Positions 28,163 through 37,664 are shown, counted from the first letter of the stretch. The stretch: DNA of 64,000 nt from an uncultured Clostridia bacterium (GCA_944336125.1 CALVLA010000002.1:23132-87131); one strand, 5' to 3'. Program-made: numbers and translations. Notes: a model not told the origin generated them from the sequence alone.

Positions 28163-30331
28163 TTACATCGTTGTTCTGAATACGTCCAGCGTATTAGGAT
28201 ATGAACGTATTTTGTCTATTAACTGATTAAGCTGCTCGTGGTTTTTGATTTCAACCGTAAAAACGGCAACTACGTTATGATTTTTGTCTTTTCTTGCGTT
28301 AAACGACAAAATCGGCAGTCCTGCGTTTGTAATTATTTTTGTCAAGTCGGCAAATACAGTTCCTTTGTCCTCACAAACCACCTGCAAACTTGCGTTAAAG
28401 CTTGCGTTTTCTGAAGTCTGTGACCACTGAGCTTCGACAAGACGTTCTTTTTCAAGAGATTTTATAGTAGGACAAGTAGCAAGATGGATTGTGATACCTC
28501 TTCCGCGAGAAATATAACCTACGATATCGTCTCCAGGGACAGGCGAGCAACATTTTGAAAACCTTACCAGCAAATCGTCATAACCTTTGATAATAACGCT
28601 GTTTGCTTTAGTTGCCTGCTTAGGCTTATAAACCACTTCGCCGTCGATAACAACTTTTTCAACGTGCTTTTTGTAGTAATCGATGAGCTTAAGCAAAACC
28701 TGATTTGTCGATATACTTCCGTAACCTACGGAAGCGTACATTTCATCGATGTCGCTGAACATGTATCTTTTAAAAACGGTTTCAAGACCTTTTTCCTGAC
28801 CGACAAGCTGTGCCAACGAAAAGCCTCTTCGTTTTGCTTCTTTTTCAAGCATATTTTTTCCGTTTTTAATATTTTCGTCTTTCAGCTCACGCTTAAAGAA
28901 CTGCCTGATTTTACTTTTTGCACTTGAAGTAACGCAAATTTTAAGCCAGTCTCTTGAAGGCCCCTTTGAGTTTGGCGAAGTCAAAATTTCGACTATGTCG
29001 CCGTTTTCGAGAACGTGTCCTATAGGTACGATTTTAGAGTTTACTTTTGCGCCGACACATTTGTTACCTACTTCGCTGTGCACGGAATAAGCAAAGTCAA
29101 GCGCCGTAGCACCTACCTGCAAGTTTTTTACCGCACCCTTAGGAGTAAATACAAAAACCTCGTTGCTAATGGCGACGTCTTTTTTTATGGAGTCCAAAAA
29201 TTCCTTGGAATCCTTTTTGTCATTTTCGTAGGATAAAACTTCGTTTATCCAGTTCATTTTGTCGCCGATTTGCTTCTCGAATTTACCTTCTTTGTATTTC
29301 CAGTGAGCCGCGATACCGTATTCGGCAACTTTGTGCATTTCCTGCGTTCTTATCTGAATTTCAAACGGCGAACCGAGATTTGTGATAACCGTAGTATGCA
29401 ACGACTGATACATATTCGGTTTAGGAACTGCGATATAATCCTTTATTCTTCCAGGAATTGGCTTCCAGACGGCGTGAATTGCTCCCAAAACGTTGTAACA
29501 ATCCTTAACGGTATCGACAATTACCCTGACGGCAGTCATGTCGTAAATCTCGTCGAGACTTTTGCCTTGCTTTTGCATTTTTTTGTATATGCTGTAAAAA
29601 TGCTTTGTTCTTCCAGAAATTTCACCCTGAACGCCAAGTTCCTTAAGGATTTTTTGCAATTCAAAAATAACGGAGTCGACAAGTGACTGTCTTTCCTCTT
29701 TTTTCATCGCAATGTGCGTTGCAAGGTAATCGTAAGCTTCTGGGTCAAGATATTTAAGACAAAGGTCTTCCAGTTCACACTTGATTTGTGAAATACCGAG
29801 TCGTCCTGCAAGCGGGGCAAAAATGTCAATGGTTTCCTTTGCCATTGCTTGCTGTCTTGCGGGAGAAAGGTACTGCAATGACCTCATGTTGTGTAGTCTG
29901 TCTGCTAGCTTGATAATAATGACCCTTATGTCTTTTGCCATTGCAAAAAACATTTTTCTGATGTTTTCCGCCTGTTCTTCCTCTTTGCTGGCAAACTGCA
30001 GCTTATCCAGTTTCGTAACACCCTGCACAAGATTTGCTATTTCGTCACCGAATTCGTTTCGCAGCTGCTCGTCAGTAACGTAAGTGTCCTCAACCGTATC
30101 ATGCAAAAGCGCGGCACAAAGCGTCGCAACGTCAAGTCCGAGGTCAATCAAAATGTCGCACACTACACAAGGGTGCGTAATATAAGGTCTTCCCGAAGCA
30201 CGGTACTGTCCCTCGTGAGCATCCTGCGCTAATTTAAATGCCTGCATAATTATCGTGGCGTCATTAGGATAATAATGCTTTATTTTTGATATTAAATTTT
30301 CTATTGTAATTTCAGCAGGTTCTTGATACAT
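28163..30331 (-). CDS. relA: Bifunctional (p)ppGpp synthetase/hydrolase
   Basis: HD domain (LLHDTVEDT), synthetase domain, TGS and ACT domains, 722 aa. Confidence 0.95.
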   Translation of the reverse strand: MYQEPAEITIENLISKIKHYYPNDATIIMQAFKLAQDAHEGQYRASGRPYITHPCVVCDILIDLGLDVATLCAALLHDTVEDTYVTDEQLRNEFGDEIANLVQGVTKLDKLQFASKEEEQAENIRKMFFAMAKDIRVIIIKLADRLHNMRSLQYLSPARQQAMAKETIDIFAPLAGRLGISQIKCELEDLCLKYLDPEAYDYLATHIAMKKEERQSLVDSVIFELQKILKELGVQGEISGRTKHFYSIYKKMQKQGKSLDEIYDMTAVRVIVDTVKDCYNVLGAIHAVWKPIPGRIKDYIAVPKPNMYQSLHTTVITNLGSPFEIQIRTQEMHKVAEYGIAAHWKYKEGKFEKQIGDKMNWINEVLSYENDKKDSKEFLDSIKKDVAISNEVFVFTPKGAVKNLQVGATALDFAYSVHSEVGNKCVGAKVNSKIVPIGHVLENGDIVEILTSPNSKGPSRDWLKICVTSSAKSKIRQFFKRELKDENIKNGKNMLEKEAKRRGFSLAQLVGQEKGLETVFKRYMFSDIDEMYASVGYGSISTNQVLLKLIDYYKKHVEKVVIDGEVVYKPKQATKANSVIIKGYDDLLVRFSKCCSPVPGDDIVGYISRGRGITIHLATCPTIKSLEKERLVEAQWSQTSENASFNASLQVVCEDKGTVFADLTKIITNAGLPILSFNARKDKNHNVVAVFTVEIKNHEQLNQLIDKIRSYPNTLDVFRTTM

Positions 30332-30345
30332 AATAACTCTCTAAA

Positions 30346-32622
30346 TTAAATTATAGCAATATTATACAACTTTGAAGTGTTCAAATCAACCTTAACACCT
30401 TTATTTTGTGTAAACATAAACGGATTTTCATTTACAGTGAAAATTTTAAGTTCTTCAAAAATCTTCAATACAAAACAAAAAGACGCAAATGAAACCTCAA
30501 AAACTCCGGATTTCAGATATAGCTCATAAAAGCTCAAACAGCGGTTTAAATTTGGCAAAACGGATTTGTAAACTTTTACGCAAATATCTCGATTAAGTTT
30601 TTGGCCGCTGATAAACGACGGAGTTTTAGCGTAACTTTCAAAATAAAAAGCATTGTCACTCTTTTGATGCTCGCTAAAAAGCGGAATATAATCATTAAAA
30701 TACAAAACCGATTTAAACTTCGACAAATCTGCATTTTGGGACGGTGAAATCAAAATTGTGTTTGTATACTGTCGAGGCACAAAGAAATTCAAAAAGCAAT
30801 TTTCCGTGTTAATTTTCTCAGCAATTTCCTCAAATTCAAGCATGCTTCCGAAAACGCAGCAACAATTTCCCTCTTTCAAAAACGCATTTATGTCAGTAAG
30901 CGTAAAAGTTTCCTTTTCCTCTTCCGATGTACGATTTACATCCAGACCATCGATAAAGTTGCTGAGATAAATATCATCGAAGTTTACTGAATTCAAGATA
31001 TTCAAATCAATTATGTTTCCTACTGTGCGTTTGGCAAAATCATCATATTCCAAAGTAAAAACGCACTCGAAATTGCAGTTATGTTTAAACGCCTCAAAAA
31101 ACGGTGAAAAATCGGCAAAGCTTTTCAGCTCAAAATCATTTTGCGTCAACACTCGCAAAAATTTTTTGCTTTTCCCGAACAAAGAAAAGTTTTTTGATGA
31201 AAACCGTCCGTAAAAAACCACTTTTTCACTTGGCAAAACAGGTTCGAAAGCTTTTAATTTTTCAAAAAAGTCATCAGTCAAAAAGGTTTCGTCAAACTCT
31301 TGATCGTAAAAAATTTCATCGCAAAAATCTTTCTTATCGCACTGTTCCAAAAATGCGGCATAAAAATCTTTAAAAGTCTCTTTACGCAACGTAACGCCAA
31401 CTGACATTTTATGACCGCCGAAGCGAAGCAAATAACTTTTAAGCGCAGTTACTGTTTCGAAAAGGTTTAAACCGTCAGGAGTTCGCATTGAACCTATAAT
31501 GTTGTCTCCGTCCGGCATAAACGCCCCCACCGGAACCTTGTATTTTTCGACAAGCCTGTTGGCAACAAGCCCCAAAATGCCGTGTTTCCATTTTTCGCCG
31601 TAAACAAAAATTGCTTTTTTATTTTCAAGTCCGCGTGCTTTAACAAAATTCAATGCCTCAACATAGCTTGTTTCGGTAATTTCCTGCCTTTTGTTGTTAA
31701 CTTCGCTTAAAAGCGCCGCTTTTGTTTTTGCTGCCGCAGCATTTTCCGCCAAAAGCAAGTTTAACGCTATTTCAGGATCGTCTACACGTCCGGCGGCATT
31801 GATTTTAGGACAAATTTTTAATGAAATGTCGCCGCACCCGAAACCCTCTACTTTATTACTTTCCAACAATGCCTTAAGACCTATGTTGTTTTGATTTAAG
31901 GCTGCAAGCTTGACAATTGCCCTGTTTTCGTCTTGCATAGGCATGACGTCACCGATAGTACCTATACTTGCCAAATCGCAAAAATAAGTCGCGGTTTTTT
32001 CATCCGACAATGCCTGAACAAGTTTTAAAGCCACACCCGAGCCCGACAGATCTCTGAAAGGATAGCCTAATTTAGGATTTACGCAAATACAGTCAGGAAT
32101 TTTTTCACTTGCCTCATGATGATCTGTGACAACAACCTTTCTTTTTAAAATTTTTTTTACAAATTCAACTTCATTGACGGCAGTTATTCCGCAATCCACT
32201 GTCAGAAGAAGATCAAAATTACGCTGTGCCGCAAGTTTCGAAAGTGTTTCGATTTTTAAACCGTACCCGTCACTTCTTTTAGGCAAATACACACTGCTTT
32301 TTGCCTTAATCGAATCGAAATAAAGCTTTAATAATGCCGCCGCCGAAATTCCGTCTGCGTCATAGTCGCCGTAAATCAAAATTGCTTCGCCGTTTTTAAT
32401 GACACTATTGACAATTTCCGCAGCTTGCTTCATGCCGTGCATCAAAAAAGGATCGCGAAGCCCGCCGGCATCATAAGCAAAAAACTCCGCGGCATTTTGA
32501 TAATTCACCCCGTATTTTTGCAACAAAAAACCGGTGTTTACGTCAAGACGCAAATCACTTGCGAGCGCGTTATAATCGATGTCTGCACTATCGTATGTTC
32601 TTTTAGTATAACGTGAAATCAT
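30346..32622 (-). CDS. recJ: Single-stranded-DNA-specific exonuclease RecJ
   Basis: DHH motifs (GDYDADGISA, VVVTDHHE), 758 aa. Confidence 0.9.
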   Translation of the reverse strand: MISRYTKRTYDSADIDYNALASDLRLDVNTGFLLQKYGVNYQNAAEFFAYDAGGLRDPFLMHGMKQAAEIVNSVIKNGEAILIYGDYDADGISAAALLKLYFDSIKAKSSVYLPKRSDGYGLKIETLSKLAAQRNFDLLLTVDCGITAVNEVEFVKKILKRKVVVTDHHEASEKIPDCICVNPKLGYPFRDLSGSGVALKLVQALSDEKTATYFCDLASIGTIGDVMPMQDENRAIVKLAALNQNNIGLKALLESNKVEGFGCGDISLKICPKINAAGRVDDPEIALNLLLAENAAAAKTKAALLSEVNNKRQEITETSYVEALNFVKARGLENKKAIFVYGEKWKHGILGLVANRLVEKYKVPVGAFMPDGDNIIGSMRTPDGLNLFETVTALKSYLLRFGGHKMSVGVTLRKETFKDFYAAFLEQCDKKDFCDEIFYDQEFDETFLTDDFFEKLKAFEPVLPSEKVVFYGRFSSKNFSLFGKSKKFLRVLTQNDFELKSFADFSPFFEAFKHNCNFECVFTLEYDDFAKRTVGNIIDLNILNSVNFDDIYLSNFIDGLDVNRTSEEEKETFTLTDINAFLKEGNCCCVFGSMLEFEEIAEKINTENCFLNFFVPRQYTNTILISPSQNADLSKFKSVLYFNDYIPLFSEHQKSDNAFYFESYAKTPSFISGQKLNRDICVKVYKSVLPNLNRCLSFYELYLKSGVFEVSFASFCFVLKIFEELKIFTVNENPFMFTQNKGVKVDLNTSKLYNIAII

Positions 32623-32627
32623 GATGT

Positions 32628-32662
32628 TTAAAAAAAGCAGCCTTCCCGAAAGAAGGCTGCAA
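32628..32662 (-). terminator. Intrinsic terminator after secF, immediately before recJ
   Basis: On the minus strand: GCAGCCTTC-TTTCGG-GAAGGCTGC then T7. The recJ ATG follows 7 nt later. Confidence 0.8.
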
Positions 32663-32672
32663 AATCAAAGTT

Positions 32673-33767
32673 TTATTCTTGTACTTGTTTAGGCTTTTTG
32701 TCTTTCGGGTCTTTGTTGAAAATGTTCCAAAGGCACGGAGCGATGAACAATGACGAATAAGTACCTGCAATAAGTCCGACAAGTATCGGCAAAGTAAATT
32801 CTCTCAAAGTCGAAACGCCCAAAATAGTCAAAATCAAAATCGCGAAAATGGTAGTCAATGATGTAAACAAAGAACGAATGAAAACTTCTTTAATGGATTT
32901 GTTTACAATTTCTTCGTTGATTTTGGTGTTTCCGTAACGTTTTCTGTTGTCACGAATTCTGTCAAATACGACAATTGTATTGTTGATTGAGTAAGCAACG
33001 ATTGTTACGACAGCGGCGACGAAAGTGCTTGTGATTTGCAAATCAAACAACCAGCCGGCAACGAGAACGAAAGAGAACATAATCAATACGTCGTGTACCA
33101 AGCCGATAATAGCCGCCAAACCACTTTTCAAGCCTCCCACAAAGCTGTTGTCCGACCCCAACGAACGGAAGCGAACAATAATGTAAGCCAAAATGAGAAC
33201 CAATGCTACAATCAATGCGATCAAAGATGTCTGCAAAAGTTTTGCGCTGACAGAGGAACCGACAAAGTAAATAGACGGAGTAATTTCAATATCCGCGTTA
33301 AGTTCGTTGAGCGATTTTATCGAAGCAAAATCAAAGCCGGAAGAATAATAGGGTTTAAGCAGCTCAATTTCGTTAGCCGACAAAGCCGATCCGCCCTGTT
33401 CCATCATGGTGAACAACGCATTCATGACGTCGTCACCTACGTGCTGTGAATTTATTTCGTTTTTATAGCTGAATTTTACGCCGTCGATAATTTCGCCGTC
33501 AGAGATTTTTTGACCCTCCCCTGCCGAAATACCGATGGAAGAAAGATAATCTTTTACTTCTTTGCTTGTTTGTTCGTATTGAGCCTGAGTAATATTGTCA
33601 TCTTCAAAATTTACGCTAAGCTCAACGCCGCCTGCAAATTCGATGCCGAGATTAAGGCCGGCAAAGCTCAATACCGCAATTCCGATAACGATGATAGCAA
33701 GCGAAATCGCCGCAAAGAGTTTGAAGTGTTTAACGATATTCCATTCTTTTTTCATGAAATTTGACAT
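32673..33767 (-). CDS. secF: Protein translocase subunit SecF
   Basis: SecF-type N-terminal TM and GIEFAGG motif with a 6-TM core. Confidence 0.92.
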   Translation of the reverse strand: MSNFMKKEWNIVKHFKLFAAISLAIIVIGIAVLSFAGLNLGIEFAGGVELSVNFEDDNITQAQYEQTSKEVKDYLSSIGISAGEGQKISDGEIIDGVKFSYKNEINSQHVGDDVMNALFTMMEQGGSALSANEIELLKPYYSSGFDFASIKSLNELNADIEITPSIYFVGSSVSAKLLQTSLIALIVALVLILAYIIVRFRSLGSDNSFVGGLKSGLAAIIGLVHDVLIMFSFVLVAGWLFDLQITSTFVAAVVTIVAYSINNTIVVFDRIRDNRKRYGNTKINEEIVNKSIKEVFIRSLFTSLTTIFAILILTILGVSTLREFTLPILVGLIAGTYSSLFIAPCLWNIFNKDPKDKKPKQVQE

Positions 33768-33768
33768 A

Positions 33769-35067
33769 TCAGTTATCCTCCAATCTCTTAAGTTTGTAAA
33801 GCGAAGGTTTTTCTCCTGTTATCGGCATGAGAAGATTTACAAACAATCTGGTAATAACAATTGCCGAGAAAAGCGAAATCACAACGCTGAAAACCAAAGT
33901 AATGGCGAAGCCCTGAACCGAACCCGTAGCAAGAGCCCACAAGGTAATACCGCCTATCAAAGTGGTGATATTCGAGTCGAGAATAGCCGACAATGAACGT
34001 TTAAAACCGTCTTCATAGGAACTTCTGAATGATTTAGCCGAACGATATTCGTCTTTGATACGCTCAAACATAATGATGTTGGCATCGACAGCCATACCGA
34101 TACCGAGTATAATACCCGCAATACCAGGCAAAGTGAGCTGTGCAAAAGGAATGAAAGCCAAAGCCAAAATCATAAGTATCGTGTAACAGAACAAAGCCAA
34201 ACTTGCCGCCACACCGTACATTCCGTAAAAAATAATCATAAATGCTACGATTACCACAATGCTGACAACGCCCGCGATAAGGACTGTTTGAATAGCTTCT
34301 TCGCCCAAAGTTGCGCTGATTACTCGATATTCGATTTGTTCTTTAAACTGCAGTTGATAAGAACCGCTGTTAATCTGCACCGCCAAAGCTTCGGCGCTTT
34401 CGATATCAGGGAGACCGGAAATAAAGCTTGGGTTTCCGGTAATAGCTCCGCTGACAGTAGGACTGCTTATTACCGTTCCGTCAAGAATAAAATAAATTTT
34501 ATCCGTGCCGTAATTAAGTCCCGTAGTAGCTTTGCTTAGTTCTTTAAGACCTTTATCGTTAAAAGTGAGGTAAACGCCGTAAGTATTGTCATCACTGCTG
34601 TATCCTGCTTTTGCCGACGAAATATTGCTTGCATCGGTAACGATATTGCCCGTTTCGGACAAAATCCTGATTTCAAGTTTTGCAGGTTTTGCAAGGATGT
34701 CAAAAACCTCGTCCGCGTTATCCACGTCAGGAATTTCGACTCTGATGTTTTTTGCGCCGTTAGTGTTGTCAACTGCCGTGACGACAGCCTCTGTATAACC
34801 TTTTTGTGCCAAGCGGTCCTGCATAATTTTTGCGGTATCGGTGATAGCCGCATCGACTTCGCTTGCGCTCAAGCCCTCGAGACTTTCTTCGTCAACTTCA
34901 TATGTGACGTAAACACCGCCCTTCAAATCAAGGCCGAGTTTTATCTGGCTTATAGGCGATTTGTAGTCGTAAACCCCTACCTGGAAGTTTATTACGGAAA
35001 ACACCGCCAAAAAGACCATGATGAAAGCCAAAATCGAAAGGCAAATGATAGATTTTCTTTTAGACAT
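33769..35067 (-). CDS. secD: Protein translocase subunit SecD
   Basis: LGLDLKGGVYV motif and a SecD TM core. SD GGAGG lies upstream. Confidence 0.92.
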   Translation of the reverse strand: MSKRKSIICLSILAFIMVFLAVFSVINFQVGVYDYKSPISQIKLGLDLKGGVYVTYEVDEESLEGLSASEVDAAITDTAKIMQDRLAQKGYTEAVVTAVDNTNGAKNIRVEIPDVDNADEVFDILAKPAKLEIRILSETGNIVTDASNISSAKAGYSSDDNTYGVYLTFNDKGLKELSKATTGLNYGTDKIYFILDGTVISSPTVSGAITGNPSFISGLPDIESAEALAVQINSGSYQLQFKEQIEYRVISATLGEEAIQTVLIAGVVSIVVIVAFMIIFYGMYGVAASLALFCYTILMILALAFIPFAQLTLPGIAGIILGIGMAVDANIIMFERIKDEYRSAKSFRSSYEDGFKRSLSAILDSNITTLIGGITLWALATGSVQGFAITLVFSVVISLFSAIVITRLFVNLLMPITGEKPSLYKLKRLEDN

Positions 35068-35104
35068 TCGCTAGCCTCCATAGTACTGTACACTCTAAGA
35101 GTAT

Positions 35105-35128
35105 ACCTTATGTAGTATAAGGTTTTTT
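35105..35128. other. Short hairpin with a T-run only on the plus strand (between scfB and secD)
   Basis: ACCTTAT-gtagt-ATAAGGT followed by T6 on the plus strand. On the minus strand the 3' flank is not T-rich. Confidence 0.4.
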
Positions 35129-35184
35129 AACAAATTAGTCAATTATTTAGACAAGTTTAATGACCTTGTACGCTTAAAACAAAA

Positions 35185-36495
35185 TCAATTATTTTCTTTT
35201 GCAAAAACGTACATCGAGCATTCAAGGCGTTTTTTCATCATTTCGCAGGCCGGCTTGTAAGGTTTGTTCATATCGCCGTTGAAGTTAACCGAGTTTGCGT
35301 TGCAACCGCCGCTGCAATGGTATTTCGCCCAACAGTTCTGGCACTCGTCTTTGGTAAACAGACTTGTCTTTGCAAAAGTATGACGCAGCTCGTCGTTTAA
35401 TTTGCCGTCAAAAACATTTCCCAGTTTGAATTTTGTCTGCCCTACAAACTGATGGCAAGGATAAACGTCGCCGTTTGGAGCAACTGCAAGATATTCGCTG
35501 CCGGCGCCGCATCCCACAAGACGCTTTTTGTAGCAAGGACCGTCGTTAAGATGAAGTACAAAATGGAAAAAACTAAACCACTTTTCAGGATCTTTACGCC
35601 TTTTTACGTATTCTTCCGCAAGATTTTCGTATTCTTCAAAAATCTTCGGCATGTCTTTTTCGTGAATGGCAAGCGGATGATCGTCCGAAAGCACAACCGG
35701 CTCTATTGAAATCTGATCGAATCCCAAGTCATTCATGAACAAAACGTCTTTTGAAAAATCAAGGTTTTTGGAGGTAAACGTTCCCCTTACAAAATAACTT
35801 TTATCTCCTCTTATGGAGCGGAAATATTTAAAATTATCTATAATAAGGTCAAAGCTTCCCTTTCCGTTAGGAGTTTTTCTTACGCTGTCGTTGACTTCCT
35901 TTCTTCCGTCAAGGCTCAAAACAACGTTATCCATTTCATCGTTAAGATATTCGCTTGCTTCCTTGTTAAGCAAAACGCCGTTTGTCGTTGTTGTAAATTT
36001 GAAAAACTTTCCCTTTTCCTTTGCCCTTTGCTTTGCATACTCGACTGTTTTTTTCAGCACGTCGAAATTCATAAGAGGTTCGCCGCCGAAAAAGTCCACT
36101 TCGAGAATTTTTCTGTCTGCGCTGTTGTCAATCAAAAAGTCCATGGCCTTTTTTGCCGTTTCAAGACTCATCATTTCACGTGCGCCGCTGTAAGTACCTT
36201 CTTTTGCGAAACAATAACCGCATCGCAAATTGCAGTCATGGCAAACGTGAAGACAAAGCGCTTTTACGTCAAGACGCTTTTCGTCCATTTTATATTCGGG
36301 AGCAGGTGCGTCAAGCAAACCGTTTGCTTTAAGAGTTTCGATTTCGGCTTTTGCTTCCTCTACTTCTTTTTTGTCGTAGTTTGCCAAATCGTTATTTTTT
36401 AAAATATCAAAAATAAGCTTGTCTATTTCGTGAAGCGAACCGCTTTCAACGTCGTAAACAAAGTAATCGTCTTTAAAATTGAATGCGTGAATCAT
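35185..36495 (-). CDS. scfB: SCIFF peptide maturase, radical SAM/SPASM thioether-forming enzyme
   Basis: CNLRCGYC radical SAM cluster motif and a Cys-rich SPASM C-terminus (CQNCWAKYHCSGGC). It lies immediately downstream of a SCIFF precursor. Confidence 0.9.
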   Translation of the reverse strand: MIHAFNFKDDYFVYDVESGSLHEIDKLIFDILKNNDLANYDKKEVEEAKAEIETLKANGLLDAPAPEYKMDEKRLDVKALCLHVCHDCNLRCGYCFAKEGTYSGAREMMSLETAKKAMDFLIDNSADRKILEVDFFGGEPLMNFDVLKKTVEYAKQRAKEKGKFFKFTTTTNGVLLNKEASEYLNDEMDNVVLSLDGRKEVNDSVRKTPNGKGSFDLIIDNFKYFRSIRGDKSYFVRGTFTSKNLDFSKDVLFMNDLGFDQISIEPVVLSDDHPLAIHEKDMPKIFEEYENLAEEYVKRRKDPEKWFSFFHFVLHLNDGPCYKKRLVGCGAGSEYLAVAPNGDVYPCHQFVGQTKFKLGNVFDGKLNDELRHTFAKTSLFTKDECQNCWAKYHCSGGCNANSVNFNGDMNKPYKPACEMMKKRLECSMYVFAKENN

Positions 36496-36509
36496 AAGTA
36501 ACCTTTTTC

Positions 36510-36537
36510 AAAAAAAAATGCCGAAAATTTTCGGCAC
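36510..36537 (-). terminator. Second attenuator/terminator hairpin between scfA and scfB
   Basis: On the minus strand: TGCCGAAAA-TTTTCGGCA followed by T9. Confidence 0.7.
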
Positions 36538-36540
36538 CTT

Positions 36541-36565
36541 AAAAAAGAGCAAGCAAAGCTTGCTC
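36541..36565 (-). terminator. First attenuator/terminator hairpin between scfA and scfB
   Basis: On the minus strand: GAGCAAGC-TTT-GCTTGCTC followed by T6. Confidence 0.7.
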
Positions 36566-36580
36566 GATTTTAACAGAATT

Positions 36581-36745
36581 TTATTTACCGGAATTTCTAA
36601 CCAAAACTCTCTGTTCGCAAACTTGGTTGCCTACTGTGCAGCTTGTTTTGCAAGCAGATTGACAGCTCGAACGGCATTCACCGCAACCGCTGTGTTCAGT
36701 GATTTTGTTGAGTTCAGGTTTGGCGATTGTTTTAACGTGTTTCAT
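36581..36745 (-). CDS. scfA: SCIFF (six cysteines in forty-five residues) ribosomal peptide precursor
   Basis: 54 aa: MKHVKTIAKPELNKITEHSGCGECRSSCQSACKTSCTVGNQVCEQRVLVRNSGK. It carries the hallmark GCGEC..C.QSACKTSC core. SD GGAGGG lies 5 nt from the ATG. Confidence 0.9.
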   Translation of the reverse strand: MKHVKTIAKPELNKITEHSGCGECRSSCQSACKTSCTVGNQVCEQRVLVRNSGK

Positions 36746-36767
36746 AATATCCCTCCAAATCACGAAT

Positions 36768-36796
36768 ATTATACTATTTTTAAATGTGATTGTAAA
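36768..36796 (-). promoter_or_regulatory. scfA promoter
   Basis: On the minus strand: TTTACA (36791-36796), 17 nt spacer, TATAAT (36768-36773). Confidence 0.65.
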
Positions 36797-36807
36797 GATA
36801 TTTTAAA

Positions 36808-37188
36808 TTATTTTTTTCTGTTTACCGCAATGATTCCCGCGATAATTCCGGCCACTACGGCAACAGCCAAATCGGTCAAAATGTTTTTAAATTCAAACTG
36901 TCCGCCCAGCAGCCAAAAAATAAGAGACGATACGGCAACGAACCCGAATGCAATAAGCATTCCTTTTAAAAATCCTTTTGAATCGGATTTTACCGCAATG
37001 AGGACGGCAATAAATACGCTTAAAGCTTTAATGACGAGATTAACAGGCGAAACAATATCGGTTGACAAAGTAAAAATTCTTGCGACAAGAGCAAAAATCA
37101 TCACGAACAAAACCGAAAGCAAAGCGGCGGTAAGACTTCCCTTTGCGACTTCTTTAAAGCAGCTTGTATTTTTGATTTCTGCAGACAT
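36808..37188 (-). CDS. Small integral membrane protein (YrzE / TIGR04086-like)
   Basis: About four hydrophobic helices. The start at MSAEIKN (37188) has SD GGAGGT. It occupies the position next to yajC, as yrzE does in Bacillus. Confidence 0.6.
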   Translation of the reverse strand: MSAEIKNTSCFKEVAKGSLTAALLSVLFVMIFALVARIFTLSTDIVSPVNLVIKALSVFIAVLIAVKSDSKGFLKGMLIAFGFVAVSSLIFWLLGGQFEFKNILTDLAVAVVAGIIAGIIAVNRKK

Positions 37189-37255
37189 AAAAATACCTCC
37201 GAATGTTAATACAACATATTCGGAGGCGATTTTTTTTATTACAAACAACTAAAAC

Positions 37256-37603
37256 TTATTTTTGTTCGTCTGCGTTTTCTTCTTTGCTTTCTTCCTGAGG
37301 AATTTCTTCCTTTTTTGCAGGGATGGTATTTACAACGGCTTCGGATCTGATATCGCGAATTGCCTGCTTAACAAAAGTAATTTCCATACCGCTTTCGCCG
37401 GTAGAAATGGTAACTGTTCCTTTTTGAGGGTCAATAGCGACAATTTTACCAACGATACCGCCAACTGTCATGATTTCGGTACCGACAACCATTTTGTTTT
37501 GCATTTCTTCTTGTTTTTTCTTGCTTTTTTTAGCTGAGACGAATTGCATTGCAATCATGGCAACAAACAAAACGCCCACTACAACTATAAGTACCCAATC
37601 CAT
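37256..37603 (-). CDS. yajC: Preprotein translocase subunit YajC
   Basis: 115 aa with a single TM helix, then KKQEEMQNKMVVGTEIMTVGGIVGKIV. SD GGAG lies upstream. The long ORF-track version overlaps tgt. Confidence 0.9.
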   Translation of the reverse strand: MDWVLIVVVGVLFVAMIAMQFVSAKKSKKKQEEMQNKMVVGTEIMTVGGIVGKIVAIDPQKGTVTISTGESGMEITFVKQAIRDIRSEAVVNTIPAKKEEIPQEESKEENADEQK

Positions 37604-37664
37604 AGTTAAAGTCTCCGTTTTTAGGTTTTGAAAATTATAGCATACAATTTGAGAAAAATCAAAC

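Noticed and set aside
36518-37252. A 244-aa plus-strand ORF spanning the scfA and YrzE-like region.
   Set aside because: It overlaps two minus-strand genes that have strong SDs and family signatures, and it also crosses the promoter and terminator hairpins. Its low-complexity translation has no motif.
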